NCBI GenBank assembly: GCA_965603825.1
Contig: CBFDEM010000047.1
Coordinates: forward strand, 1 to 64,000
Length of the DNA: 64,000 bases
Source: Blepharisma stoltei ATCC 30299
Taxonomy: Eukaryota > Protista > Ciliophora
Direction: 5' to 3'
Part shown: in pieces, positions 1 through 13,044 of the stretch
How the letters are laid out: every line of letters begins with the position of its first letter
How positions within the stretch are numbered: the stretch's first letter is position 1
Notes under the pieces: generated by a model
The model's input: only the letters and a program-made list of their open reading frames with translations
What the model was told of the DNA's origin: nothing
Databases searched by the model: none
Position numbers and translations under genes: made by a program

Positions 1-1193
1 AACCCTAACACCCTAACACCCTAACACCCTAACACCCTAACACCCTAACACCCTAACACCCTAACACCCTAACACCCTAACACCCTAACACCCTAACACC
101 CTAACACCCTAACACCCTAACACCCTAACACCCTAACACCCTAACACCCTAACACCCTAACACCCTAACACCCTAACACCCTAACACCCTAACACCCTAA
201 CACCCTAACACCCTAACACCCTAACACCCTAACACCCTAACACCCTAACACCCTAACACCCTAACACCCTAACACCCTAACACCCTAACACCCTAACACC
301 CTAACACCCTAACACCCTAACACCCTAACACCCTAACACCCTAACACCCTAACACCCTAACACCCTAACACCCTAACACCCTAACACCCTAACACCCTAA
401 CACCCTAACACCCTAACACCCTAACACCCTAACACCCTAACACCCTAAACACCCTAACACCCTAACACCCTAACACCCTAACACCCTAACACCCTAACAC
501 CCTACACCCTAACACCCTAACACCCTAACACCCTAACACCCTAACACCCTAACACCCTAACACCCTAACACCCTAACACCCTAACACCCTAACACCCTAA
601 CACCCTAACACCCTAACACCCTAACACCCTAACACCCTAACACCCTAACACCCTAACACCCTAACACCCTAACACCCTAACACCCTAACACCCTAACACC
701 CTAACACCCTAACACCCTAACACCCCTAACACCCTAACACCCTAACACCCTAACACCCTAACACCCTAACACCCTAACACCCTAACACCCTAACACCCTA
801 ACACCCTAACACCCTAACACCCTAACACCCTAACACCCTAACACCCTAACACCCTAACACCCTAACACCCTAACACCCTAACACCCTAACACCCTAACAC
901 CCTAACACCCTAACACCCTAACACCCTAACACCCTAACACCCTAACACCCTAACACCCTAACACCCTAACACCCTAACACCCTAACACCCTAACACCCTA
1001 ACACCCTAACACCCTAACACCCTAACACCCTAACACCCTAACACCCTAACACCCTAACACCCTAACACCCTAACACCCTAACACCCTAACACCCTAACAC
1101 CCTAACACCCTAACACCCTAACACCCTAACACCCTAACACCCTAACACCCTAACACCCTAACACCCTAACACCCTAACACCCTAACACCCTAA
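1..1193 (+). repeat. Telomere, (CCCTAACA)n, ~149 copies of the heterotrich-type 8-mer
   Basis: Continuous CCCTAACA array from base 1 to ...CCCTAA|ATCATTA, with three single-base indels (~449, ~504, ~723). The C-rich strand at the 5' end marks a chromosome end. Confidence 0.99.
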
Positions 1194-2133
1194 ATCATTA
1201 AGTAATATAATTATTTTTAATGGATTTTGGAAGCTTATTATAATAATGATTTAAAAGTCAGGCTTAAGAATATGCTAAAATTTAAATGGATTTCAAGAAA
1301 TATGCTAAAATGAAGCTTTTTTATTTATTTTCATTCACATTTACTAATCAGTGGCTTTCTTGGGTTTGCAAATTTATATATAAAATAAGATCAAGAGTAA
1401 TAAACAATTTGAGTAAAGATATAAAATGATGATCTATAAACAAAATATAATTCTAGAGAAATTTTATAAAAATATTTATATGAGAGTACAATCTTTATAT
1501 CAGGTTTATACTTAATTTTTTATTGCTTATTAATTATTCATTCTGTCTCTTATGTAAGTTGACTGAATTAAAGGTTTATGAAGAATTAAATAAATTTTAT
1601 ATTAATTCTAATAAAACTTTAGCTTGCAAACTCTTAAAAAAATTAGTTAAAATCTAAGATATATGAGGTTTTAGACAGTTAAAACAGTCCAAATTTAATC
1701 TGATATTATTATAACTTATTTTAATATAAAAAACGCAAAAGCTATGCCTCCCTATAATGGGTAAGACAAGCAAATGCATCCCATCAATTTTTTGTAAAAC
1801 ACTTTAAATTAGGTCTAGAATCTTATAAATGCATATAGTCTTGGACGCAATAAATTAATTTTGATTACATCAGGGTTGGAATCTAGCCGTCTGACTAGTC
1901 AAACTTGATTTAGCAATAAAAAACAATTAGGCTAGCGTTTTAAACTTAAAGTAGACTTCTCAGGCTTGACGCTATAGAGCCAGCAAATCAGATTTCATAA
2001 TTTGAGCTATGACGGACGGCTATGCGTATGCCCTAGATATATTAACTACAACTGCAATCCTTATGAGTTCCTAGAAGTTGAATTGATTAATTGCCTTTTT
2101 TGATATCTTATCTCTTATCTACATTATTTTGAT

Positions 2134-3948
2134 ATGGTTGAAACTTTCGTTGACATCCCCGACGACTATTGTTGCCCGATAACAGGCGATATCATGGAAG
2201 ACCCAGTTGTAGCACCAGACGGGCACAGCTATGAGCGTGCATCAATCACAGCCTGATTCCAAAAAAACAAAACTAGTCCTCTTACCGGCGCTGTTTTAAA
2301 AAACACTATCCTAATTGATAATCACAGACTAAAAGCAATAATCACCAGCTTTAAAGAGAGACTGCCCGAAATCCAGCGTGATTTCCAAATAAAGCGAGAT
2401 TTATTAGAAGCCATAAACATCAGAGAAGCATTCTTTCAAGACCATCTCCAAAAAGAAAAAGAACAGATAGGGAATATCACAACCTTGCATGATAACGAGA
2501 AAGAAAAAAATTTACTGCTTAAAAATAAGCTCACTGCCTGCAAAAAATTCCTTCAGGTAAAAACTGACCAAATTGACACCCTTCAAGAAAATCTGGATAA
2601 TTTAAAAGGCATAAGCGAATCAAAAAATGATGAAAATAAAAGACTTCATGAAGATCTTACTCATGCTTTGGCTGAAAATGATGGGTTTAAAAGAGTGACT
2701 AAATTGAGGTTTGAAAGCATTTTTGAAAAGCTTTTAGAAGTACAAGAAAATGTTAAGCAGTTAGAAAGAGTTATAAATTCAAATAAAATAAGTGCTTATA
2801 GGCTGCTAACAAAACTTTATGATTCTATCTCAAAACTAATTAATGAGGCTGATAAGAATAAAAGGGAGCTTGAAGATAGAAAAGAAGTATTAGAAATCCA
2901 AAGAGGAGAATGAAATCTGCTCAGCCTTCAAAGCAATATTGAAGAGCATGGAGAGCAAATTTTAAATCTTTATGAGCCCATAATAATAAAAGCGCCAGAT
3001 CAGCCAGATATTGAAAATAAACTATTAGCCCCTCAAGAGCTGAAAAATAAAAAATATGCAATTTTAAGCCGAGTAAATGATCCAATATCAGAAGAAGACT
3101 TCAGAAAAACTTGCTCACTATATGATAACGACTTAGAAGAAATTGTGGCAAATCCACAGATCAGCCAAGCTTATCAAGATTATATAGTTGCTTATCATCA
3201 AAACACATCTCTTTATTTTACCAGAAATGTTGGAAATAGAACTCATTTAATTGTATATGACACTGAAAGTGAAAGAGAAGAAATAAAAGTCGTGGAGACT
3301 CCAGAGCCTATAAATAATGGCTCATGCATGGCTCAGCTTCCTGATGGAGAATTATTCTGCTTTGGTAATTCAAATCCGCCTTCTGGAATTTCATGAATAA
3401 TTGATGGGAACTATGGGGTTAGAATACTCACACCTGGGAAGCCTTGCTATTACTCGTCAGCTGTATATTTCAATAGAAATGTATATTGTTTTGGAGGACT
3501 AAATAATAGCACTTTTAATTTTTCTGAAAAATTCAATTTAGATGAAAACCAATGAGTAAAATTAAGCCCAATGCCGCAGGCAGATGCTTTATGTAGCTGC
3601 ATAGTGATTGATGGAAATATTTTGATTTCTGGATATAGAAATAAGCATCTTTTGAAGTATTCAATTGAGAATAACAGCTTCGCGAGGATTTCTTATGAAT
3701 TCTTAGCAGAAAAAAGAAAAATTTTGTTAAATGCAGAGAAATTGTATTTAATTGAGTGCAGTTATCAAGGATTTATATATGAAAGTAGGGACGAAACTAG
3801 TTGGAGACAAATAGTTAGATCAAAAATTAGCTATGATAGTCCTGCTCAAATTTATTGCGCATATAATAAAGGAGCAATATATATTGGAATCGACTATAAT
3901 GGAAGATATAAGTTTAATTTAGATCAAAAGATGATGATTAAACTATAA
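2134..3948 (+). CDS. U-box + coiled-coil + Kelch-like beta-propeller protein (604 aa), putative E3 ubiquitin ligase
   Basis: Single frame from ATG 2134 when TGA=Trp (2254, 2911, 3394, 3553). U-box IPDDYCCPITGDIMEDPVVAPDGHSYERASITAW; Kelch VYCFGG...FNLDENQWVKLSPMP. Merges three track ORFs. Confidence 0.9.
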
Positions 3949-4199
3949 TAGTGCAAGCATATAATTAATTTTGGTGAATTTGAGTTTCAATAAAACTCTC
4001 TTTCTTATAAAGAAAAACTGGAGAGTTTAAGAGAAATACTAAAATGATCTTATTCCAATTAGATTATAGATAATATATGATTTAAAAAAAAGCTGGTTCA
4101 AAGAGGGATCTGGCTATAGAACTCTAAGTATCGACTGCTAATAATCTCCCCTCCTTTAAAGGAATTGCATTCTTAGAATGCAAAATCTATTACTCCTAT

Positions 4200-4915
4200 T
4201 AATTAATTTTAGAATCTAATGGAATTTTGAACTTCTCCAATGCATTTATATGTGCTTATTATTGATTTTTCATGAATATAAATTTTCTTCTATAACTTCG
4301 CAATAGCTATTAAGCTTCATACTTTTTGTCTAGAATTATTAAGACCTCAGAAAACTTTTGATCAATTTGCTTCATTTTTTCTTCAACTAAAGTCGACATT
4401 TTTTTCAGATCTTTTTATTGTAGAGTCAATGATATTTTTTATTTCTTCCTTAGAGTTTTTATCATAAGTGGAAACATATTTATAAACTTCGTCAAGTGAT
4501 AGCAGTGCATTTCCAAGCAGCTACCCATAAGCATCAACCCTGTCTTCAGGTTTTAAAGCCAACTCTTTTAAAAATGCGTTCGCTTAGCTTGACTTAATTT
4601 CTTTTGTATTTTGAACGCTATTAATCGCATTTTTTTTTAAACTGAATTTGAAATATCCTTCATCAAGACACCCCTCGAGATTTGATTCTATTTTTTGCAA
4701 TTCTGCTTCAAAATATCAACTCTGAAGTTTCATCTATATCTGATTTTTCTTTATAATATTACCTTATTTTTGTTTCTTGAAATTGATTATTTTTAACTCC
4801 TTGACAAATATGTGCAATCCCTTGATATCTTGTATAGCTTTTCAATGGATCAGCATATAGGTTCAGTCTCATCTCACTTACATCAATACTTAACTTTTTG
4901 AACAAATAATATCAT
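4200..4915 (-). pseudogene. Decayed coiled-coil-like coding remnant
   Basis: Coding-like reading (FEAELQKIESNLEG...LSLDEVYKYVSTYDKNSKEEIKNII) interrupted by in-frame TAA/TAG and frameshifts. Boundaries approximate. Confidence 0.45.
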
Positions 4916-5000
4916 TGAAATTATTTACTATGTCTCTAAATTTTCTTATAATTGCATGAACTTAAACTTAAAATATAAAAAGCCTCTATAATAATTAGTT

Positions 5001-6188
5001 TTAGGCAATCAAACTTATTAATAATGCTACTGCTAGTGTAATCTCTCTCGCAGCTTCATCTTTTCCATATGCTTTTTTAGCTGCTAAATATTCATATTCA
5101 AACACATTCATAACGCAATCTTCAGCCCCTTGAATTTCAGTGTATGATGAAAGTGCGTAGCCATAGTAAATCATTGTGGCTGCCTCGGTATCTGTCCAGT
5201 AATCTTGGATGCAATTGAGATTACTAGGCCACAACCTTCTCTCAGTATTGCAACTCGACACGTATTTACTAGTCACCCACTTATAATTTTGTTGGGTTAG
5301 TCTTTTATAAGGCGTGTCTCCTAACAAAGGTTTGCAATAAGCGTCTCCATGAGGACTGAAGGAGCATGAGCAGGTTGAAATTGCGTATAGTCCTGTATGA
5401 GTGTCAACATTTGAGACACAAGCTTCTGACTCAGTTGAGTAGCACTTCCAAGGGAGGGAATGATTCGATTTAAGCTCATCTGTGCATAAATATTGAGCTG
5501 TGGTGCCTGTTCCTGTTTTTGCACAGTATCCAGAGGAGCATAAGTTGGTGTAGTTTCCAACACATGACAGTTCTTGGACTTGTGACCCTGGAGTCAAGGA
5601 TAAATATTCAACGCACGTGTTGTCTGTGAGAGTTGTGGCGGATACAATGTTGCAGCCTGCGTTGTAAGCGCAGTCGTAGTCATTTGCACACCCTGTTTTC
5701 CCTACTGGAATTAATTCAGTGCACACGTCAGTACCTGCAACTTTTTGGCAAGAATCGCCAGGGATACATTGAGCGCTTGTTGTGCAGGCAGATCCAGTTG
5801 CTGTTCCTTCGCATATTCCGTTTGTGCATCCAACAGAATTGACGCAATCGGCTGCTGTGCTGCACTTTTCACCAGGGTAAGCTTGCAATTTAGTAGTTGG
5901 AGTAGTAATGCAAGTGTAGTTTTCCCCAGCTTTAGTTCCAGCAGTGCATGTCTGAGACTCCAAGCAAGTCTGGACGTAATAGATATCGTAATTCTTGTCA
6001 TACCAGCTGCAGACATTCGATGAGAAAGTTTGGCTGGACTTTTTGCATCTGTACATAGAGCAGCCTGCAGCGTTTGAGCCTAATTTTTGGTCAATTTCTA
6101 ATGTGTAGTCTTCCTTTTCTGCATATTCAGCTGTTATGACAGCAAAAAAGGACAGCAGAAGCATAAGACTTGTGGCTTTGGAAACCAT
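5001..6188 (-). CDS. Cysteine-rich secreted/GPI-anchored surface protein (395 aa)
   Basis: N-terminal signal peptide, periodic Cys motifs (PGEKCSTAADC, GSACTTSAQC, GCANDYDC), hydrophobic C-terminus typical of a GPI signal; TAA stop. Confidence 0.85.
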   Translation of the reverse strand: MVSKATSLMLLLSFFAVITAEYAEKEDYTLEIDQKLGSNAAGCSMYRCKKSSQTFSSNVCSWYDKNYDIYYVQTCLESQTCTAGTKAGENYTCITTPTTKLQAYPGEKCSTAADCVNSVGCTNGICEGTATGSACTTSAQCIPGDSCQKVAGTDVCTELIPVGKTGCANDYDCAYNAGCNIVSATTLTDNTCVEYLSLTPGSQVQELSCVGNYTNLCSSGYCAKTGTGTTAQYLCTDELKSNHSLPWKCYSTESEACVSNVDTHTGLYAISTCSCSFSPHGDAYCKPLLGDTPYKRLTQQNYKWVTSKYVSSCNTERRLWPSNLNCIQDYWTDTEAATMIYYGYALSSYTEIQGAEDCVMNVFEYEYLAAKKAYGKDEAAREITLAVALLISLIA

Positions 6189-6345
6189 TTTTTATTCTTC
6201 AACAGCTAAATTTAGAAAATAAATAAACTCGTCAATTATTTTTATTTCTTATTTCCTCAAAAATTTATCTTTTTATCTATAATAGCTTACCCAAAATCCT
6301 TAAATAGCGTTTATTTATTACACAGCTAATAACTATAAATTTGTT

Positions 6346-7941
6346 TTAGACTTCTCTGCTGTTTGCGTTTATTTTTTGTTTAGTGGCAAACACTAAATCT
6401 GCAATGGATGCTGGGTATTTTCTTTCCTCCCAAAACCAGTCAGTCACCTTTATGTTCCTTATTTTTGACATCGAAAGAGAAGTGAAAACGTCATTCATGT
6501 TGGTCAAGGCGTCATTTGCACTTGCAGCTCCATACAGATTTACGATATCGTGTCAGGCGTATATTTTATTAAGTCCGATTTCAAGCGTTCTCAATACCTG
6601 ATTTTCCCTGAGGCTTCTGGCAAGATACTCTAAATCTTTTCAGTCAATTTCATTTCCATTTAGCGAGAGGGTCAATAGACTTTGATTTTCTGCCAGCCCT
6701 TCTGCTATAGCTTTGATTTCTTCTTTTCCAAGCCTGAAATTTTCAATTTTCAGTGACCTTAACACCTTATTTTCTTGAAGCAGCTTTTTTAGCTCGGTCT
6801 TCAATTCCTCACTTTTAAAATGTCTAGCATCTGGATCACAGTCTAGTTTGCTTTTATGGACTGACAAAATTAAGTCTCGTAAGCTTCTACTAGCTGTAAC
6901 CCCTTTTATAACAAAAATCATATTCTTGCATTGGATATCAATATTCTGCGAATTTGTCCCTAAATGCAGCATATCCTTAATCTCCAAGTATTTCAAGCTT
7001 TCGTTTCTTTCTAACATTTCTTTCAGCATTATATAGCCTCCCTCAAAAAAAGTTGATTCCCTCATCCTTAAAATTTCAACTGAAGAACTTGCTTTTAGCC
7101 CTGAAAAAAGCACCATTGCGCTCATAGTGTTGAAGCCTCATCTGGTCTCGATTTCTTTTATATGACTATTCACAATGAACATTTGTGTGAAAAATGGCAA
7201 AGAGTCTCTGTCCATATCAATATTCTCTAAAATCAGCCTAATCACAGTCTGGTTCCCGGCTAAGCCAAGGATAAGCCCTGGGGTATAGTTTTCTAAGTAC
7301 CCAGAAAGGATATAAGTCTCAATCGAGGTATTCTGTGCCAATAAATACGCATTTGATGGGGTTACTACCTGTGAGGGTGCATAAGAACTTAAAATTCCTG
7401 AAGTATTTTCTTCATTATCCACTGTTACTGATCTTGGCTCACAGCTTATGCCCAGAACCTTGACAGTAGAGTTCTGGATCAAAGCTCACTCAAGCTGAGA
7501 AAGCTGGGCAAAGCTCAAGATTTTGAAATTTAGCTCCCTAATAAACCTATTTCCTTCAAGTCCTGAGCAGAGATATTGGAAAGCACTATCAGATATATCG
7601 AACTTTATTGATAATGTATCAACTCTAGCGTTTCTTCAATACACAATCCACTTAGATTTGCTGAAAAAATCAAGCCCGGTGCCATAAATAGTGACGCTTT
7701 CGAGTTTTTCTAAGGCCTGGGATATTGCTTTGCTTAAGTGGTCACTTTTGACGCCTGGGAGGTACAGTTTGAAAACCGCTGTCTTCAATTTCTTGTTTTT
7801 TGAAGCTAAAAGGCAGGCCTTTACAACGTACTTGAGGTTTCCATTGTAAAGCGTTGAATCTATGACATAATTTTCTTTTGACAGCTCAATGTCTTTGAGA
7901 TATATTTTAACAGGTCCTGGAGTGCTCGCAATGACTCCCAT
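6346..7941 (-). CDS. Leucine-rich repeat protein, RNI-like (531 aa)
   Basis: One frame through four TGA(Trp) codons joins three track ORFs. Repeats LAENQSLLTLSLNGNEI, LRENQVLRTLEIGLNKI, LERNESLKYLEI; TAA stop at 6346. Confidence 0.85.
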
Positions 7942-7967
7942 TAAAATTAATTAAAATAAATACTAAA

Positions 7968-8669
7968 TTATAATAGACCTTCATATTCATATATTTCGCA
8001 ATTTTCAAGCCACTTAAAGCTCCTTTTATCCCTACTCATAGTAAAAAATTTCATAAAGTTCGAATGCCCCACTAAAGCAATATTCCCTTCTTCTAAGTAT
8101 TTTTTTCAAATTTCTTTGGTGTCTTGGGCTCTTCTATATATACTTTCATCAGTTTCTATTCAATTTGGCTGCATATTTCTCATAGTATTCAGCAACTCAA
8201 CTGGGACATTTTGAATTGGAAAGCTTTTCAGTCGTTCAGTGAATTCATTTTGTATGACGTTAAGCAAATAATAATCACTGCTAATCAAGCTCCAGTCAAA
8301 ATTTAAGTAGTCTTGATAGGGAAGTCCTTGATAAGAAGACACATCGGCGCCGTGATGGAGATTTTCTGTCAAAGATGGGTGGACAATAATTCTAGGCCTA
8401 TCAGGATGATTTTCAAATAAAATTTTGGCTGTTTTGAGGGCTCTGCGGAGTGGAGAAACAAGCACTATTTTTATGTGAAGAGCCCGAGCTGAAGCTATAA
8501 CTTGGATAGCTTGACTTTCCCCATGGGGAGAAAGCTCAGTATCGATAGATTCTGGAGAAAACTCTAATGAAGGCAGATCAGCGATTTTTCCTAGCCGGGA
8601 GTGTTCCTCTACCAGCTGGTTGACTCGGCTTTGGGCGTGCCTAATAAGAAAAATGCGCTTTCTTTCCAT
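7968..8669 (-). CDS. Histidine phosphatase / phosphoglycerate mutase family protein (233 aa)
   Basis: IFLIRHAQS, LSPHGESQA and LVSPLRRALKTA motifs. The second catalytic His motif IALVGHS is reached only by reading TGA 8160 as Trp. Confidence 0.9.
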
Positions 8670-8730
8670 TTTCCTATAATAAATTTTCATTGTCAGAACT
8701 TGTGAAGATATGGCGTTACATTAAATCAAA

Positions 8731-10815
8731 ATGGAAGACTCCTCACAAGCATCTCCGCGTTCACTGACATCAAATGTGTCCCCTGGGAAATTTCCTTTGT
8801 TTCCTCACAAGGTTTTTAGTCCCACCCAAAAAGCGCACCAAAAGCGATTTTTCCAGCATCGTCTCACAAAATTGGAGACGATGTTTATCGATCATTTACC
8901 GATAATTCCCAAGTCTTCACATTTTCGACGAGAAAGTGAAAATTTAGCACTTTCAAGGCTGAAAAATAAGCAAACCCCTGATATAAAGAATACATCTTTT
9001 TCAGACGAATTGAAGATTGCATTAAAACACATATCAGTTTCCCCAACGAAAGAAAGGAAACATGAAAAGAAATTAACATACCCCAAAATTCAGATCAGGT
9101 TTAGGAGTATTGAAGATACCGAAATCAGTAACTTCATTCAAGCTATGTTTACAAATGAGCCTACACCTTTTAGAAAATCTGAATTAACGGTGGAACCAGA
9201 ATCAATTGATATTCGTGCCGCAGAAAAGTTGCTTCAAGAAGCCAATAAAATCGTGAAAAATGGAATCAAGAAAAAGCAAGTCTCACAAGAAATCGGCGGA
9301 GCTATTGAGGAGTTCTGAAAAAGCAATATAAGTAGAAATGAGTTTGTAAGATGGGATTTATTTGAAGAAAGTTTTATTTGTTTCCTCGAAACTTATATGG
9401 TCTGCGATATGGCCACATTAAGAAAAGTCAATTGAAAAAAGCTATTACAAAAAATATATGGAAATTTAGGCAAAAAATCAGATAATTTTTCACTTTGGCC
9501 AAAATCAATAACTATAGAAAATCCTATTGTTTATGAAGAAAAACTTGTTTGGCTAACAGATTGAATCAATTATATACAAGCTGGAGAATTACTGGAAGCA
9601 ATAAAATCATCACTTGAAGATACACCCACGTATATTTCTAATATTAGAAAAGGTGAAACTTATAAGTTCGCTTGTGGGAGCATATATAAAGGGGAATGGA
9701 GAGAAGGCAAACGTGAAGGCTCAGGAAATTTCATGTTTGCATCTGGTGAAAGCTACCAAGGAAACTTCGTAAGAGGACTGAGAGAAGATTATGGCACTTT
9801 TAAAGGCCATAGATATCTATATAAAGGAGAGTTCAAAAAAGATAGGTTTCATGGGTATGGAAAAATAAAATTCCCAGATGATTCCACTTTTGAAGGATTG
9901 TGAAATAAAGGAAAAATGAAAAATGGGACTTATAATTGGAACTCTGGATGGGTTTATAAAGGAGAAATGCTGAATAATAAGTTCGATGGGACCGGAAAAT
10001 TGATTTTTCCTGATGGAAGCAAGCATAAGGGAACATGAAAAAGTGGGAAATTGTGTGGAGAAGGGAAAATCACGAATAATGAAGGGCTGGTTATTAAAGG
10101 GGTTTTTAATGAAGGCCAAATACAAGGAGAAGGGATGCTGGAGTGCAGAGATTATAAGTATAATGGAGAAATTAAAAATTTATTGCCGCATGGAACTGGA
10201 ATAATAGAATGAATAAATGGAAATGAATACTCAGGGAAGTTTTTTGAAGGAAAAATGCATGGAGAAGGATGTTTGAAAGAAAATACTGGAGACACATATA
10301 CAGGGACGTTTAATATGAATATAAAGCATGAGCGTGGAAAAATAAAATTCGCTGATGGAGGGGTTTATGAAGGAGAAATTTCTAATGGAGAGTTTCATGG
10401 GAAAGGAGTTCTTTATTATCCAGAAGGCCATGAATATAAAAAATATGAAGGGCTTTTTGAGGATGGAGTGTTCCATAAAGAAGGAATTTTGGAATATAGT
10501 AATGGATCAATTTATAGAGGTGAATGAGAAATGGGAGAGAAAAATGGAAAAGGAATTTTCAAAACAAGTGAATTTATATATGAAGGAGGGTTTTATGAGG
10601 GAAAATTTAATGGCTTTGGAGAGTATCGAAATGGGAAAGCTTTTTGTTTAGGTAAAAAACCAGGAACTTGAATTAATGGAGTTCCTGATGGAAGGGCAGA
10701 AGTAAAAGACTGGGATGGGAATCTCTATGTAGGAATTTTTAATAGGGGAGAGCCAGCCAACAGGCATAAACTTGAATCTGCTTTTCTTAAAACAATATGT
10801 TCCAATTCAAAATAA
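8731..10815 (+). CDS. MORN-repeat protein (~694 aa)
   Basis: Continuous frame with eight TGA(Trp) codons. C-terminal half is YxGx(W/F)xxG MORN repeats, several with TGA at the consensus W (9901, 10525); TAA stop 10813-10815. Confidence 0.88.
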
Positions 10816-11035
10816 CACCGTATTAAACATATGAATTGAAATTGTTTTAACCATGAATCCTTGAGCTTTTTAGTACCCAAAATTTTTTTTGGTAAATAAA
10901 TGGTTACTTTTAGCATGACTTAATAAATCTTTAATTTTCACAGCTTAAGCAGAATCCTAATAAATTTTCTATAGCTAAAACAGCATGCTAATGATTTTAT
11001 TTTAGTCTTACTAATAAATGAAAAGCTATATTAGC

Positions 11036-12064
11036 TTAATGAATGATGGGTAAAAGATACTCCAGAATGTCTCTTTCATTAAATTTAAAATACCCATTCG
11101 ATTCTTTTTGGATGATCTTTGCCTCTTTCAAAGTCTTTAAAAAAGCTAGTATATCCTTTATAGACGTGGGAATACCAGATCCAGAATCTTTAGTCGACTC
11201 CTCGTTTCAGTTCTTATCATAGACAAAACAAAGTTCATCGCGATAATTTCTTAAGATGTATTTCTCAGAAAATATTGCAGAATATTTTGCAAATCCTTTC
11301 TTGGGATAATATTCACCTTCGTCATTGGTATTCATTAAACCTAGAATATCACGCTCAACATTTTCTAAGGATAAAGGTGCGTTATTAATACTTTTACCGT
11401 GAATTATATCATCAAGAAATTCTGAGCATTGCACATTATTGTCTTCTTTTTCTTCTTCCAAAGTGAATTTAAATGGCTCAGAAAAAGCAATGTCTACTAA
11501 CGTAGAGCGTATAAAAGGGTCTGGATTGCCAGACTGAAAGAAGCTCCCTCTTTCAGACGTTTCTGATGAATCAATAACATCCATTAATTGCATTTCTTGT
11601 TTAGAATACAATTCCTTGACATAGTATTTTATGATGCTTTCTTTATCCCATACTCCTGAAGACGATGGTTCCTCAAAATATTCAGCAATATCGCTTTGGC
11701 TTATTGAAATTCTCATTTTTCCACAATTTAATTTCAAGTATGGAGAGATGCTCTCCCACAACTTGTCAGGGGTTGCTCCTCTCCTTATAAAAAAAATTCT
11801 CATTCAACAGTCATTTGGTAACTTTATGTCAAATTGCATTTTTGACCATGATGGCCCATCTTGAATTGGCAATCCACGAATTTTTTCAGCATCGTTAAAG
11901 CTGAATATATATGGTCTGCCCATTATAGTTCGATATGTCGAAACTGTGAGGTGTTTGAATTCATGATTAATTACATATCCGTATACTCTGTCCTTTGCGT
12001 TATCACATTTTTGGCCTTCTGAATTTAAAAAGCCTTGGCCTTGGTCTATTAAGGTTGAATGCAT
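11036..12064 (-). CDS. Hypothetical protein (342 aa), no recognised family
   Basis: Track ORFs 11804-12064 and 11207-11803 are one frame through TGA; it continues through TGA 11207 to TAA at 11036. Confidence 0.7.
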
Positions 12065-13044
12065 TAATTATAATATGCAAATAGATGCATTAGTTCTTTA
12101 ATTAAGGCTAGCTATAGTTTTGCATGAATTAAAATTATCCACCGTTTTTCTCTGTTGCGGGAATTCTATAAATTATAAAATATGGAATTTCTATAAAAGA
12201 TTTAAAAAATAATTAAATTCTCAAGCACGTGCTCTAAACATATAAATAGCTAGATTTAATTTTCCACTTTTAGACCTTTAATTCTATCAAGTTTGAAAAA
12301 ATATTTTAGATTTTTGAGAACTCAATGGACTTTAATTGGACGAGGACTATTTTTAAAGTATGCTCAGAGTTTTCTTTCTTAACGGTCTTTAACTTTGCAT
12401 AATGCTATGTAATTCTTTAGATCAAAGAATCTATTCTTGGCTCCATCAGAGCAATCAGAAAATCAGTAATCAGTAAAATAATGGACTTGGCAAAGGGGTT
12501 AAAATCCTTTCAATAACAGAAAATAAAGAAAATCCCTACATTAAGCACGAAATTAAAGATTAATTTTACAGCTACTTAGCGAGATTACCCCTTTATACAG
12601 TGCAAAGAGATTAAATTTTTCATTAAAGCATAACTTTTATTCCGAGATCGCCTTGCCGACCTAATTACAGTAGGATTTTTGAGAAAATACAACAATGGCT
12701 AGGGTAGAAAAGCTACTTCACTACGCCATGAGCTTCAAAGCTCAATGATTTAAAAAGCATGGGATACAATACCACCAATGCATCTTTTGAAATCCAATGA
12801 TATCATTTTATGATCTGAAATTTTGCCCAAGTACTTTATAAAAGCCATCAAAAAGTATAGGAATTATTAGGTATATTAGAAGCCTTGGATGATATAAAGT
12901 TTATAAGGCGGGAGTTATGATGATTTTACTATTATAAATCTATGGAACTTAGTCTCAAGCTTTAATTGAAAATAGAGCGTGCAGATATTTTTAAATAAAA
13001 AATTAATTTTACTATTACTATGATAATTAAAGAATGACCGTGAT

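Noticed and set aside
440-730. Variant telomere units (CCCTAAACA, CCCTACA, CCCCTAACA) as telomerase variants
   Set aside because: Three isolated homopolymer indels cannot be distinguished from long-read sequencing error.
1-1193. CRISPR array or satellite interpretation
   Set aside because: No spacers; a terminal 8-mer matching the heterotrich telomere repeat.
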